64,000 nt of DNA from Candidatus Krumholzibacteriia bacterium. Its GTDB lineage: Bacteria; Krumholzibacteriota; Krumholzibacteriia; JAJRXK01. The notes beneath the pieces are model-generated. The model saw only the letters and a program-made list of their open reading frames with translations, had not been told where the DNA came from and searched no databases. Below are positions 1-9,277 of the stretch, piece after piece (positions within the stretch are counted from its first letter, which is position 1; the number at the start of each line of letters is the position of its first letter). The position numbers were made by a program, and so were the translations under genes. The stretch covers positions 51,169 through 115,168 of the forward strand of contig JBGPIA010000016.1 of the NCBI GenBank assembly GCA_041484665.1. The letters run 5' to 3'.

Positions 1-1
1 G

Positions 2-1102
2 GAGCGCGAGCGCGTCGCGACAAATCTCCTCCGCCACGGGGTCACGCTGTACCACGGTGAGGCCGCATTCGTCGATCCGCACACCGTACAGGTGACTCCC
101 GCCGGCTCTCCGCCCATTCGGCTGCGCGCCGAGATCATCCTGATCGCCACTGGCACCGCAGCCAACCGCCCCGCGAGACTCCCGTTCCACGATCCACGCG
201 TCTACGACTCGGACACCATCCTCACCCTGAGCCGCCTGCCCGCCACCCTCGCGGTCCTGGGAGCGGGCGTGATCGGCAGCGAGTATGCCTGCACGTTCGC
301 CGCCCTGGGTGTGGAGGTTCTCCTGATCGACGGACGCACCACGCTGCTCGGTTTCCTGGACGCGGAGCTTTCGGCCTCCCTGCGCCGGCGGATGGAGAAG
401 ATCGGAATCAGCTTCTTCATCCCCGACGACATCGTCGCCTGCGCGCCGGGGGCGGCGGGACTGCGCTTGGAGCTCGCCTCCGGGCGCTCGCTGGGACCCG
501 ACGCGTTGCTGGTGACGGTGGGCCGGGAGGGCAACACCTCCCGCCTGAACCTCCAGGCGGCGGGCCTGGCCGCCGGCGAGCACGGCCTGCTCAAGGTCGA
601 CGACAGCTTCCGCACCTCCGTCCCGCACATCTACGCCGCCGGCGACGTGATCGGCTTCCCCGCGCTCGCCTCGACCGCCATGGAGCAAGCGCGGATCGCG
701 ATGGTCCACGCCTTCGATCTCAAGTACAAAGAGCATCTGGCCCCGATCCTCCCCTACGGGATCTACACCATCCCCGAGGTATCAATGGCCGGCGCGACCG
801 AGGAGTCGCTCCGCCATAAGGGCGTGGACTACATCCGCGGAATGGCGAGCTACGGACAGAATGCGCGCGGGCAGATCATCGCCGACGAAGAGGGCTTCCT
901 GAAGCTCCTCTTCCGGCGCGAGGATATGAGGCTGCTCGGCGTCCACGTCATCGGCGAGCTGGCTTCGGAGATCGTCCACATCGGACTGGTCGCGCTCCTG
1001 TGCGGCGCGACCGCCGACCTCTTCATCCAGACCTGTTTCAACTATCCGACACTGAGCGAGCTCTACAAGTACGCCACCTACGACGCAATGGGCAGGCGCT
1101 GA
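2..1102 (+). CDS. sthA: Soluble (Si-specific) NAD(P)+ transhydrogenase, 5'-partial
   Basis: Frame is open from base 2 (ERERVATNLLRHGV...). Motifs: ATGT, GAGVIGSEYA (NAD binding), HIYAAGDVIGFPALAST, GIYTIPE and C-terminal FNYPTLSELYK, typical of SthA. Confidence 0.9.
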   Translation, partial: ERERVATNLLRHGVTLYHGEAAFVDPHTVQVTPAGSPPIRLRAEIILIATGTAANRPARLPFHDPRVYDSDTILTLSRLPATLAVLGAGVIGSEYACTFAALGVEVLLIDGRTTLLGFLDAELSASLRRRMEKIGISFFIPDDIVACAPGAAGLRLELASGRSLGPDALLVTVGREGNTSRLNLQAAGLAAGEHGLLKVDDSFRTSVPHIYAAGDVIGFPALASTAMEQARIAMVHAFDLKYKEHLAPILPYGIYTIPEVSMAGATEESLRHKGVDYIRGMASYGQNARGQIIADEEGFLKLLFRREDMRLLGVHVIGELASEIVHIGLVALLCGATADLFIQTCFNYPTLSELYKYATYDAMGRR

Positions 1103-1248
1103 GGCCGCTGGGCAGGATGCGCGCGGCGGGTCCTCGACGGGGATCCAACTCTTTGTTTCAGCAACCGGCTGCCGGCATGAGGTGGACCTTGCTGAGGCTG
1201 GCCCAGGCCACGCCTGACGCCATGGACTCGCCCCTGGCCATCCGGCAA

Positions 1249-1887
1249 TCAGAGCTTGTAGAGCCCGTCCCGATTCGCCCCGAGCAGACCGGCCTGGTAG
1301 GAGCGCTCGTCAACCGGTGAGAGCCGCCTGGCCATCGATGGTGGGACGAGCCGCACCCGCCGGACCGCGTCGAGGCGCTCGGCGATGAGCTCGAGGTGTT
1401 CGTCGTCCGTCATCCAGTTGAACCGGTCGAACGCCCGGAGATTGAGCGGCACCGTATACCCCCGGAGCGTCTTCTCCCGTTCCACGTTGTAGAATTGCTC
1501 GAAGTAGGACATCACCAGCTCGCGCAGATCGCGGTAGACCGGCTCGCGGTAGGTAAGGCCGGAGAAGTTCGATTTGGCGATTGCACCCCAGCAGCCCTTG
1601 AGCTTGTACACCGCCAGCAGATGGTCGTCGTCCCGATCGTTCGGGAGCATCTCCACGATGAGCGGTGGATACCCCAGGTTGCGCAAGACCGCTGCCGCAA
1701 ACAGCGAGCCGTCGAAGCAATGGGCTGTCCGGTCACGGAGCACGCTCCGTGGGGAGCGGTATCGCGCGTCGGCACTGTAGGGAAGCTCCAGGAGGAATGA
1801 TTGTATCTTGTGGGGAGTGTTGAGACCTTCCAGAAGCGCCAGCTCGTCAGGCGTCAGTGCAGCTGCAGCGACCGCTGCCCGTTTCAT
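1249..1887 (-). CDS. Conserved hypothetical protein, possible transglutaminase-like fold
   Basis: Protein-like ORF with AHCFDG...DDDHLLAVYK...WGAIAKSNF (possible Cys/His catalytic pair). ATG chosen at 1887. Confidence 0.65.
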   Translation of the reverse strand: MKRAAVAAAALTPDELALLEGLNTPHKIQSFLLELPYSADARYRSPRSVLRDRTAHCFDGSLFAAAVLRNLGYPPLIVEMLPNDRDDDHLLAVYKLKGCWGAIAKSNFSGLTYREPVYRDLRELVMSYFEQFYNVEREKTLRGYTVPLNLRAFDRFNWMTDDEHLELIAERLDAVRRVRLVPPSMARRLSPVDERSYQAGLLGANRDGLYKL

Positions 1888-1940
1888 GGTAACTGTCTCT
1901 CGTTCCCGCCGGGCCCCATGGCTGCGGTTGGGGTGCCGAC

Positions 1941-2099
1941 TCAACGTAGGGGAGGCGAGGGGAGCCCGGAAAGCGGCGTGGCTCCACCGCCCTCAGGTTC
2001 ACCGCCCCCAGAGAGCGCAACCACGGTTCCCACTCCCACGCCAGCGAGACCACCCCAGAACCACCACTTGCTGAAGAGTCCGCCTTCAGGGAGGGTCAC
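1941..2099 (-). pseudogene. Orphan C-terminal fragment of a membrane-anchored protein
   Basis: Manual translation: VTLPEGGLFSKWWFWGGLAGVGVGTVVALSGGGEPEGGGATPLSGLPSPPLR*. The frame is closed upstream by a stop at 2238-2240. Confidence 0.5.
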
Positions 2100-2311
2100 G
2101 CTCAGAGCGATTCTGGACCCAAAACCAGGGGAGCATCCAGCAGGATCTTTTGATCCGCCGTCCCGGGACGCACGCTGCGGCGCTCGACACGGGCCCCACC
2201 ACGGTCGGCGCCACGCCGAGCCGGGAGCGGATCGGCATCAGCGGGGGCCGGCGTTCGGCGCGGCGACCTCGAGGCTCAAGGGTTGGGGGCGGGCCGTGGA
2301 CCGGACCCCTC

Positions 2312-3092
2312 TCACCGCAGGTGCAGGAGATCGTGCTCGACTGGAATCTCCGCCGACTCCGGGGTGGAAGCCCTGAAGTGCGCCTCGATCACGCCGGCAA
2401 TCACGCGGTGGCCGTACTCATTGGGGTGCCCATCGAACGACATCGGGTAGGGTTGGGGCCCGGCCGCCAGCTGGGCCTGGAGCGGCTGCAGGGCATCGAC
2501 CTGAGCACGATGAGCCGGATCCCGTCGCGGGCCGCGACCTGCTGCATCCTGAGAATCGCTTCGAGCGCAATCCGCTGCCCCTCGCGGATCCTTGGGTCCT
2601 CGAGATCGAGGGCCGACAACCGATGCACGGAAGTGAAGACGGTCCGGGCATGCTCGGCAAAACATCTTCGCGACACGTTTCGCGATCGGCTCGGACTCCT
2701 CCGCTTCCATTAGAGCGTGCACGCGTTGGGGATCCTGGCTCTTCAGGTCCGGGAGTTGCCCACGATCATGGACAATCTTGAACGCATCGAAGAAATCGTT
2801 GCCCGAGTCGAGCGCCTCGATGACGATGGCCGGTTTCAGCCGGAGCGCTTCGTCCCAGAGGATGACACTGTGGACGGGGCAATTCGTGGTCTCGCAGCGC
2901 AGGATTCGGTCGGGATCCGAGACGCTGGTCGGGAATCACTGGAGAGGTGATCGCGGGGTCCCAGGGAGAGCAGAGGACGAGGCGTACCTGGGGTGACATC
3001 GGAGCAAGGAGCGCAAGGGTCAGTTCGATGTTCAGCGCGCAGATGAGCGCGAGAGCGGCCGCGAACATCGCTTTCTTCCGATTCAGGGCCAT
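2312..3092 (-). pseudogene. SGNH/GDSL hydrolase pseudogene with frameshifts and probable deletions
   Basis: Pieces lie in different frames: an N-terminal anchor (MALNRKKAMFAAALAL...), a block III-like SGNDFFD, ...IALEAILRMQQVAARDGIRLIVL, and block V DGHPNEYGH. No GDS block I was found. Confidence 0.7.
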
Positions 3093-3222
3093 TCACGCTT
3101 CTCCCGCGCGTGAGGGTGGCCTGATGGTCGACCGTGGTACGCTGGAGAAAGCTCCGCCGCCAGGTGCCGGCTGGACGGCAGCATGAGGGTCGCAGGAGCA
3201 TTCGGCTCGAGGCGCCACCCCA

Positions 3223-4767
3223 TCACTGCGGGACCCGGCTCAGCCTGCGTCTGAGCTGTGCGAGATGAAGGTCCTGGGGCTGCAGAAAGCTGGGATCGAT
3301 GGCCTCGATCCAATGGTCGGAGTACTCCGACCTGTTCACGCCGGACATGGCGATGATCGTCAGCTGCGGATAGGCGGGAATCGGCATGGGCTGGTCCGTT
3401 GCCCGGATGTTCCAGAAGGTCTCGCGCGCGGCCGAATGGGGTCCCCACCCAGCGGCGGGGCCACCGTTGACCCAAAGACGGGTTCCGGGTCCGACGTCGA
3501 GGTCGGTGAAGAGGTTCTCGTAGGGGGCTCCAGTGTGATGATCGAAGCAGAGATCGACGCCGCGTCCCTTGGAGAACACGTTTCCATTCGAGAGGGCGTC
3601 GACGGTCAGATCATGGGTGAATCGGGTTTCGATGCGGAAGCCGGTAACGAGGACATCGTTCGGACCCTCCAGGGAGATGCCATGGTGCCCCGTGATCTCG
3701 CCCGCGCGCCGATCGTTTGCGAGGCGGACTCCCGAGATGGTGCCGAAGCAGCTCGGTCCATCCGACACGATCCCGCTGTCGGCATCCAGGATCTCGACAT
3801 CGCAGATCCAGAACTGGTGGATGTGCTCGAGGAAGATACCGTTGTTTCCCGGCTCCACCAGGTGGCCTGCATAGGGGACGGGAGCGAACTCGATCGACAG
3901 CTCCTCGATGCCCACCTCCGTCACGGTCGGCTCGTGGGAGAAGACCGTGGGCTTCCACTCGGGCCGCACGTCCACGCGGAGCGGGCGCTCGATGATGATG
4001 GCGGTCTGCTCGACCGCGAGGATCGGAGTCACGAAGTCCACGAGCCGCTCATGCGCCCACTTCACCAGGTCCGGTCCGGGCTCCACGGGTCGGGTGTGCA
4101 GATGCTCCCAGAGCGATCCGTCCGTGGCGTATTGGACGAGTCGAACCAGCTGACCCGCAGCGAGGCCGTCGGTCGTCGAGAGGACGAGACGATGGTCTCC
4201 CCGTTTGGCTGGCTCCACCACGTCCGCAATCCGGGTTCCCCGGTCCTCTCCGGTGAGCCAGATGAACCCTCCGCCCCATGACCAATAGCCATTGTCTCCA
4301 TGCGACGCGGGCGCCGGGCCGAGGATCTCACGAAGGGACTTCGGGAAGTAGAGGGTCGTCCTTCCCGGGCCTTCCCCGCGGAGAACGAGACCGGGGCGGT
4401 CGATCCGGAGCACCTGTGTCAGCAGATAGCGCCCTTGCGGAATCGCCACCGCGCCCCGCTTGACGGCTGCGATCGCTTCGAGGAAAGCCCTGCTGTCGTC
4501 GGAGACACCGTCACCCTTGGCTCCAAAGTCCCGCACATTCGCCGCCACGGGTGGGTGGGGAATGGGCCGCTGTCCCATGCCGTAGCCGGCGAAGGAGAAG
4601 TCGGGAAGTCGCCCGGCAGCATCCCAGCGCTCCCCGGCCTCTCCCCAGAGTCCGGAGTGGCGAATCGGCGCGGCCGGCGGTTCTGATCGGCGGAGGAAGT
4701 GAACCAGAGCCCCAGCGAGGAGGCCCAGGAGGGCGAGAACGGTGACGACTCGCAACGCCTTCATCAT
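3223..4767 (-). CDS. Membrane-anchored right-handed beta-helix polysaccharide enzyme (pectate lyase 3/GH55-like)
   Basis: N-terminal hydrophobic helix, then LPDFSFAGY and NVRDFGAKGDGVSDDSRAF (Pectate_lyase_3-like), followed by beta-helix-like sequence. Confidence 0.8.
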   Translation of the reverse strand: MMKALRVVTVLALLGLLAGALVHFLRRSEPPAAPIRHSGLWGEAGERWDAAGRLPDFSFAGYGMGQRPIPHPPVAANVRDFGAKGDGVSDDSRAFLEAIAAVKRGAVAIPQGRYLLTQVLRIDRPGLVLRGEGPGRTTLYFPKSLREILGPAPASHGDNGYWSWGGGFIWLTGEDRGTRIADVVEPAKRGDHRLVLSTTDGLAAGQLVRLVQYATDGSLWEHLHTRPVEPGPDLVKWAHERLVDFVTPILAVEQTAIIIERPLRVDVRPEWKPTVFSHEPTVTEVGIEELSIEFAPVPYAGHLVEPGNNGIFLEHIHQFWICDVEILDADSGIVSDGPSCFGTISGVRLANDRRAGEITGHHGISLEGPNDVLVTGFRIETRFTHDLTVDALSNGNVFSKGRGVDLCFDHHTGAPYENLFTDLDVGPGTRLWVNGGPAAGWGPHSAARETFWNIRATDQPMPIPAYPQLTIIAMSGVNRSEYSDHWIEAIDPSFLQPQDLHLAQLRRRLSRVPQ

Positions 4768-4912
4768 CGTCGTCAACTCGACCTCTCACAACGGAAAGGC
4801 CGGGCCCAGTGCCGGATCGGTGATCGCCGGGAGTCGCCAAGCGCTGCGGTACGCGTTCGTTCGCAGCACCCGGCTTCTTCAGGCCTCACGCCGGATCTCG
4901 ATGACGAGGGCG

Positions 4913-6301
4913 TCAGCGGTTGCCGCTGAGAGCATCTTTGAAGGATCCCCAGGAGCGCGTCGAGCTCGGCGCACCGGTCTCTCCCTCGCCCGGCGGTGCC
5001 ATGTCGGCAGTCGCGTTGTCGATGACGAGCACCCAATCCTGAGCGGAGGGGGGCATGAAATCCCGGGGGCCGCTGTTGGGCAAGCTCCCCACGAGTTGGT
5101 TGCTCCCATCCGCGGGGTCGTACCACCACACCTTCGCGGCATTGCCAGAAATCCGCCCCATGTCGATCCGCAGCGACCGCCGCACCGGAGTGTAGACGAG
5201 CAGCGTGTTTCCGTCCGTGGTCCGCGCGGCGGGCGCGTAGTCCGCGGTGTCGACGTTCCCGTATCCCGCTGTGAGAGCTGTGTGGGAGTAGTCGGGAACC
5301 AGCAGATCCCACCGGCGGGAGCGCAGCAGCCGGCCGAACGCGGCCATCGCTTGCGTGCCCTGGGAATCCAGGACGGTGTCCCAGCTGCTGGTGAAGTCCC
5401 AGATCGGTCCAACCCCGAAGAACTGGCCCACGGCACCACCCAAGAGCGACCAGTAGGCTTGGGAACGGATGCATGCGGGCGTCCAGCCCGACTCGAATTC
5501 GTACTGCCCCTCGATCAGGACGAACGGCCGCGCAGGAGAGCGCTGGTAGTCGGTGCGAAGCTGCAGCGGGCTCTGGATGCAATCGGCGTAGGTCGTATTG
5601 AAGTCGAGCCATGGCCGGTCGTAGCAGTCCAGGGCAGAGGAGAAGCGCTGGCAGTGCGCGGTGTGCAGGTGGTTGGGGTCGGTGTCGCGGATACCCAAGG
5701 CAACGGCGTCAACGACGGCCAGTGCACCAAACGCGGAAGCATCGGCGTCGCCTCCGTGCACCCAGATGATATTGGGCTGATTCGCGTAACGACTCCCCAC
5801 CCAGCGGCCGTACGCGCGCATGGCAGTCGTGCCGTTCTGCTTCATCTGCGCGCACCAACCCGAGTTGTTGCAATTGAAGCCGATGTAGGCGGGAGCCAGG
5901 AACACCGTGAAGCCACGGAGGTTTGCCTGCTCCAGCACCCAGTCGGCGTGGGCGAAGTAGGCCTCGTTCGGCGTCGCGAAGTTCCCGGGGGTGAGGAACG
6001 GAGGCGCGCCGTAGGCGTTGTTGGAACTTCCGGTGCTATATCCGACGGAGACGATGAGGGACAACAGGAGCGTGTTGAACCCCTTCGCCTTGCGGTCGTC
6101 CAGGTAGAGGGTCGCGTCCTCGCGGGTCAGCCGTGCGATGAGATGCCAGGGCGAGTCGGCGTTGAAGAAGATCGGTTTACCCTGCTGGTCGATGATGCTG
6201 TGGCTACCTGCGGCGACGTGCAGCGGGTAGCTGGGCGCTGCCCATGCCGGGCCCCCCACGACCACGGCAAGCGCCGCGGCGCCGATGATCCATCTCTTCA
6301 T
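4913..6301 (-). CDS. Secreted DUF4038/apiosidase-like glycoside hydrolase with C-terminal collagen-binding-like domain
   Basis: Signal peptide MKRWIIGAAALAVVVGGPAWA. Motifs GKPIFFNADSPW, KAKGFN, PNIIWVHGGD, PFVLIEGQYE and WWYDPADG...DWVLVI. Tail is SWGSFK. Confidence 0.8.
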   Translation of the reverse strand: MKRWIIGAAALAVVVGGPAWAAPSYPLHVAAGSHSIIDQQGKPIFFNADSPWHLIARLTREDATLYLDDRKAKGFNTLLLSLIVSVGYSTGSSNNAYGAPPFLTPGNFATPNEAYFAHADWVLEQANLRGFTVFLAPAYIGFNCNNSGWCAQMKQNGTTAMRAYGRWVGSRYANQPNIIWVHGGDADASAFGALAVVDAVALGIRDTDPNHLHTAHCQRFSSALDCYDRPWLDFNTTYADCIQSPLQLRTDYQRSPARPFVLIEGQYEFESGWTPACIRSQAYWSLLGGAVGQFFGVGPIWDFTSSWDTVLDSQGTQAMAAFGRLLRSRRWDLLVPDYSHTALTAGYGNVDTADYAPAARTTDGNTLLVYTPVRRSLRIDMGRISGNAAKVWWYDPADGSNQLVGSLPNSGPRDFMPPSAQDWVLVIDNATADMAPPGEGETGAPSSTRSWGSFKDALSGNR

Positions 6302-6433
6302 GCTGCGATCCTCACGGAAGCTGGTGCAGTTCGAGATGGGTGCTCCCCGCCCGCGAGCGCGGTCTGATCGGGAGATGCCGCGTGGGCAGCAACGCTTGCT
6401 TGGTAGAGTACCACGAAGCAGGCCCAGCGTGCC

Positions 6434-6655
6434 AGCCGCCTCCACGTCCTTTGGGCACCGGTTCCGCAGGTTCGGCTTGGGCCGGCTGAGCTGTTGAAGG
6501 CCCGCAAGGCCCTCCTCCTCGCAGCGCTCCTCGATGCGGCAGAACGGGTCGCTCGCGAGACCCCGCTACCGACTGGCCTCGCTCGCGTGGCCCAGGGCGA
6601 CAGCCAGATCTAGCACTCCCATCTTCTGTTGGATAAGCTCCGTCCGGGTCGTCAC
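6434..6655 (-). mobile_element. IS481-family transposase N-terminal remnant
   Basis: Manual translation: VTTRTELIQQKMGVLDLAVALGHASEASR*RGLASDPFCRIEERCEEEGLAGLQQLSRPKPNLRNRCPKDVEAA. This resembles the IS481 N-terminal HTH region as recalled (K.GLL.LA..LGNVS.AC...G.SRD.FYR...SR.KPN.KNR). In-frame TAG at 6566-6568. Confidence 0.7.
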
Positions 6656-6775
6656 CGGTTCATCCCGTTTGGTTTGGGTTGAAGTTCCCCACAAGCGTAC
6701 CCGGACGACCCGCCCTCCGCTAGGCCGGGCGTCGATTCAAGTCGTAGCAACCGCTCAGGAGAGTAGCGTGCCATC

Positions 6776-8353
6776 GTGACCCGGCCCTCCGCTCGATCCG
6801 GCCGGTTTGCCGCTGTGGTGGCCGCAGGCATCCTCTTGAGCCGCCTGGCCGGGCTCGTGCGTGAGCGGATCTTCTCCCACTACTTCGGGCTCTCCGACGC
6901 CGGCGACGTCTTCAAGGCGGCCTTCAAGATCCCCAACCTCCTGCAGAATCTCTTCGGCGAAGGGGTGCTCTCCGCTTCGTTCATCCCGGTCTACGCGCGG
7001 CTCCTCGCGGAAGGCGACGAACAGGAGGCCGATCGCACCGCCGGTGCGGTCTTCTCCCTGCTCGCCCTGGTCGTCGCAGTCCTCGTCCTGGTCGGCGTGC
7101 TCGCCGCGCCGTGGCTGGTCGACGCTGTCGCACCGGGGTTTGCCGGGGAGAAGCGGGCGTTCCTGGTCCGGCTCGTAAAGATCGTGTTCCCAGGGACCGG
7201 GCTGCTCGTGATGTCGGCCTGGTGTCTCGGCGTCCTGAACAGCCACCGGCGGTTCTTTCTCTCCTACTCCGCACCACTGGCCTGGAACGCGGTGATGATC
7301 GGCTCGCTGCTGGCTCTCGGCGGCCGCGCCGGGCAATATCGGCTCGCCGAGCTGACGGCCTGGGCGTCGGTGGGCGGGAGCGCGTTGCAGTTCCTCGTGC
7401 AGCTCCCGGTGGTCCTGCGCCTGGCCCCGGGTCTGCGGCTCGGGCTGGGGCTGCGGTCGCCGCACGTGCGGCAGGTCGTGAGCAGCCTCGGCCCCGTCCT
7501 CCTGAGCCGTGGCAGCGTGCAGGTGAGCGCCTACATCGACAACCTGCTCGCCAGCTTTCTCTCCACCGGGGCCGTGACTGCGCTCTACAACGCGCAGACG
7601 ATCTACCTACTCCCCGTGAGCCTCTTTGGCATGTCGGTCTCGGCCGCGGAGCTGCCCTTCATGTCCGGTACGACCGGAGAGGCGAAGGAAGTGAACGCCG
7701 CGCTGCGGGAGCGCCTGAACGTGGGCCTGCGGCGTATCGCGTTCTTCGTCGTCCCCTCCGCCATGGCCTTTCTCGCTCTGGGCGACGTCGTCACTGGGGT
7801 GATCTACCAGACCGGCCGCTTCGGTCGCGCCGACTCGGTGTACGTCTGGGCGATTCTGGCGGGAGCCGCCATCGGCCTGCTCGCCACCACCGCAGGGCGC
7901 CTGTACGCCTCGACCTTCTACGCGCTGCGCGACACGCGCACGCCGCTGCGTTGTGCCGTCGTACGCGTGATCCTCACGACGGGATTCGGGTACTTGATGG
8001 CCTTCCCCCTGCCGGACCTGCTGGGAATCGGGCAGCGTTGGGGCGTGGCCGGCCTCACCACATCCGCCGGCATCGCCGGGTGGGTCGAGTTCTTGCTGCT
8101 TCGTCGCGCGCTGAACCGGCGCATCGGGCCGACGGGATTGCCCGGCCGCCTGCTTGCCCGGCTCTGGGTGGCCGCGGCTTGCGCCGCCGCCATCGCCTGG
8201 GGCGTGAAGCCCGGTATGCCGGCGCAACGACCGCTGTTCGCAGGGCTCTGCGTGCTCGCGCTGTATGGTGTCGCGCACTTGAGCCTGACCTGGATCCTGC
8301 GGGTGGAGGAGGCGCGATCGCTCGTGGCGCGGATCGTGCGGCGACGTGCTTGA
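6776..8353 (+). CDS. murJ: Lipid II flippase MurJ (MviN)
   Basis: LSRLAGLVRE, AAFKIPNLLQNLFGEGVLSASFIPV, LYNAQTIYLLPVSLFG and FYALRDTRTP motifs, with many TM helices. Confidence 0.95.
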   Translation: MTRPSARSGRFAAVVAAGILLSRLAGLVRERIFSHYFGLSDAGDVFKAAFKIPNLLQNLFGEGVLSASFIPVYARLLAEGDEQEADRTAGAVFSLLALVVAVLVLVGVLAAPWLVDAVAPGFAGEKRAFLVRLVKIVFPGTGLLVMSAWCLGVLNSHRRFFLSYSAPLAWNAVMIGSLLALGGRAGQYRLAELTAWASVGGSALQFLVQLPVVLRLAPGLRLGLGLRSPHVRQVVSSLGPVLLSRGSVQVSAYIDNLLASFLSTGAVTALYNAQTIYLLPVSLFGMSVSAAELPFMSGTTGEAKEVNAALRERLNVGLRRIAFFVVPSAMAFLALGDVVTGVIYQTGRFGRADSVYVWAILAGAAIGLLATTAGRLYASTFYALRDTRTPLRCAVVRVILTTGFGYLMAFPLPDLLGIGQRWGVAGLTTSAGIAGWVEFLLLRRALNRRIGPTGLPGRLLARLWVAAACAAAIAWGVKPGMPAQRPLFAGLCVLALYGVAHLSLTWILRVEEARSLVARIVRRRA

Positions 8354-8586
8354 GAGTGGATCGAATCCGGGAGGGTGACGCGGGCGGACGCGCTCGCAGC
8401 GCCGGTGGCACGAATGGAACCCCGCCGCTGCCGTGACAACGGCCGGGAGGCGCGCCGTTTTCAGGCAGGACAGCGAGCGGCCACCTGGCTGGTGCTCAAG
8501 CAGCGAGCGTGCATGGAATGTGCGGGGTCACGGCGCGCGTGCCTTGCGGCGCGCCGCCTCATCCGGTCCGGTCCAGGAGGAGAACC

Positions 8587-8757
8587 CTAGGGTTGCCCGA
8601 AGATGTCGTACGTGCTCGAGGGCCCGCTCTTGCTGTTCGGAGGCCCGAAATTCGTGAACAGAGTCACGTCCTTCAGGTTCTCATGACGGCGCACGACCGG
8701 CGGCTCGTAGCGACGCTTCGGCGGTTGCCCTGGGGTCTGCGCAACGTTGCTCTCCAT
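8587..8757 (-). CDS. Putative RiPP precursor peptide (56 aa) with lasso/RRE-type leader
   Basis: MESNVAQTPGQPPKRRYEPPVVRRHENLKDVTLFTNFGPPNSKSGPSSTYDIFGQP. The YxxPxV...T spacing matches YxxPxLxxxGxxxxxT. Confidence 0.6.
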   Translation of the reverse strand: MESNVAQTPGQPPKRRYEPPVVRRHENLKDVTLFTNFGPPNSKSGPSSTYDIFGQP

Positions 8758-8812
8758 AAGGTGCCTTGTCGATTGCCCCCAGAACCCGAGAAGCACAGTG
8801 TGTCGCCCATTG

Positions 8813-8821
8813 AGTGTATCA
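8813..8821 (-). promoter_or_regulatory. Possible extended -10 promoter element for the small peptide gene
   Basis: TGATACACT (TGn-TACACT) on the minus strand, about 55 bp upstream of the ATG at 8757, in a locally AT-richer patch. Confidence 0.35.
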
Positions 8822-9277
8822 CGACTTCACATTGCAAGCAGGGCCACGAGCGGGATCGCGGGCGATCGTGTGGTGGAATCCGCGGTCCGGCTCCATCCGC
8901 GCGCCGCGCGCGATACAATCGCACCGTTTGAGGACCACTCGACGACACCGGGAACGACCCTCCACCAACGGGAGCCGCTGGTAAGCGGCGGGCACGGCGC
9001 GCCCCCCGCTGCGCCGCACGCTGTCCGATCGTCCCCTGCCGCGCGCCCGGCCGCCGCACCGTCAGGTCCTTCGTGCAGTCCACCGCGCACTCGCGGCACT
9101 TCTCTGTAGACCTGCTGGACGAGGGCCCCGGGGCCTCCGCAGCCGAGCTCATCGCAAGGCGCAAGCGCCGGCTCCGCGTCTCTTGGAGTCTTCGCCGAAC
9201 CTTTCGGCTGCGCCGCCGTAGTGGACCTGGCCACTGATTCGTCCCACAGCACATCAGCCTTCAGGAGACAGAGCCCC

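Noticed and set aside
8587..8757. Canonical lasso peptide gene cluster
   Set aside because: The core has no Asp/Glu at positions 7-9, and no lasso cyclase or peptidase gene is in the window.
9060..9200. Possible ECF sigma factor remnant (LVQQVYREV) on the minus strand
   Set aside because: The similarity is too short and weak to support.
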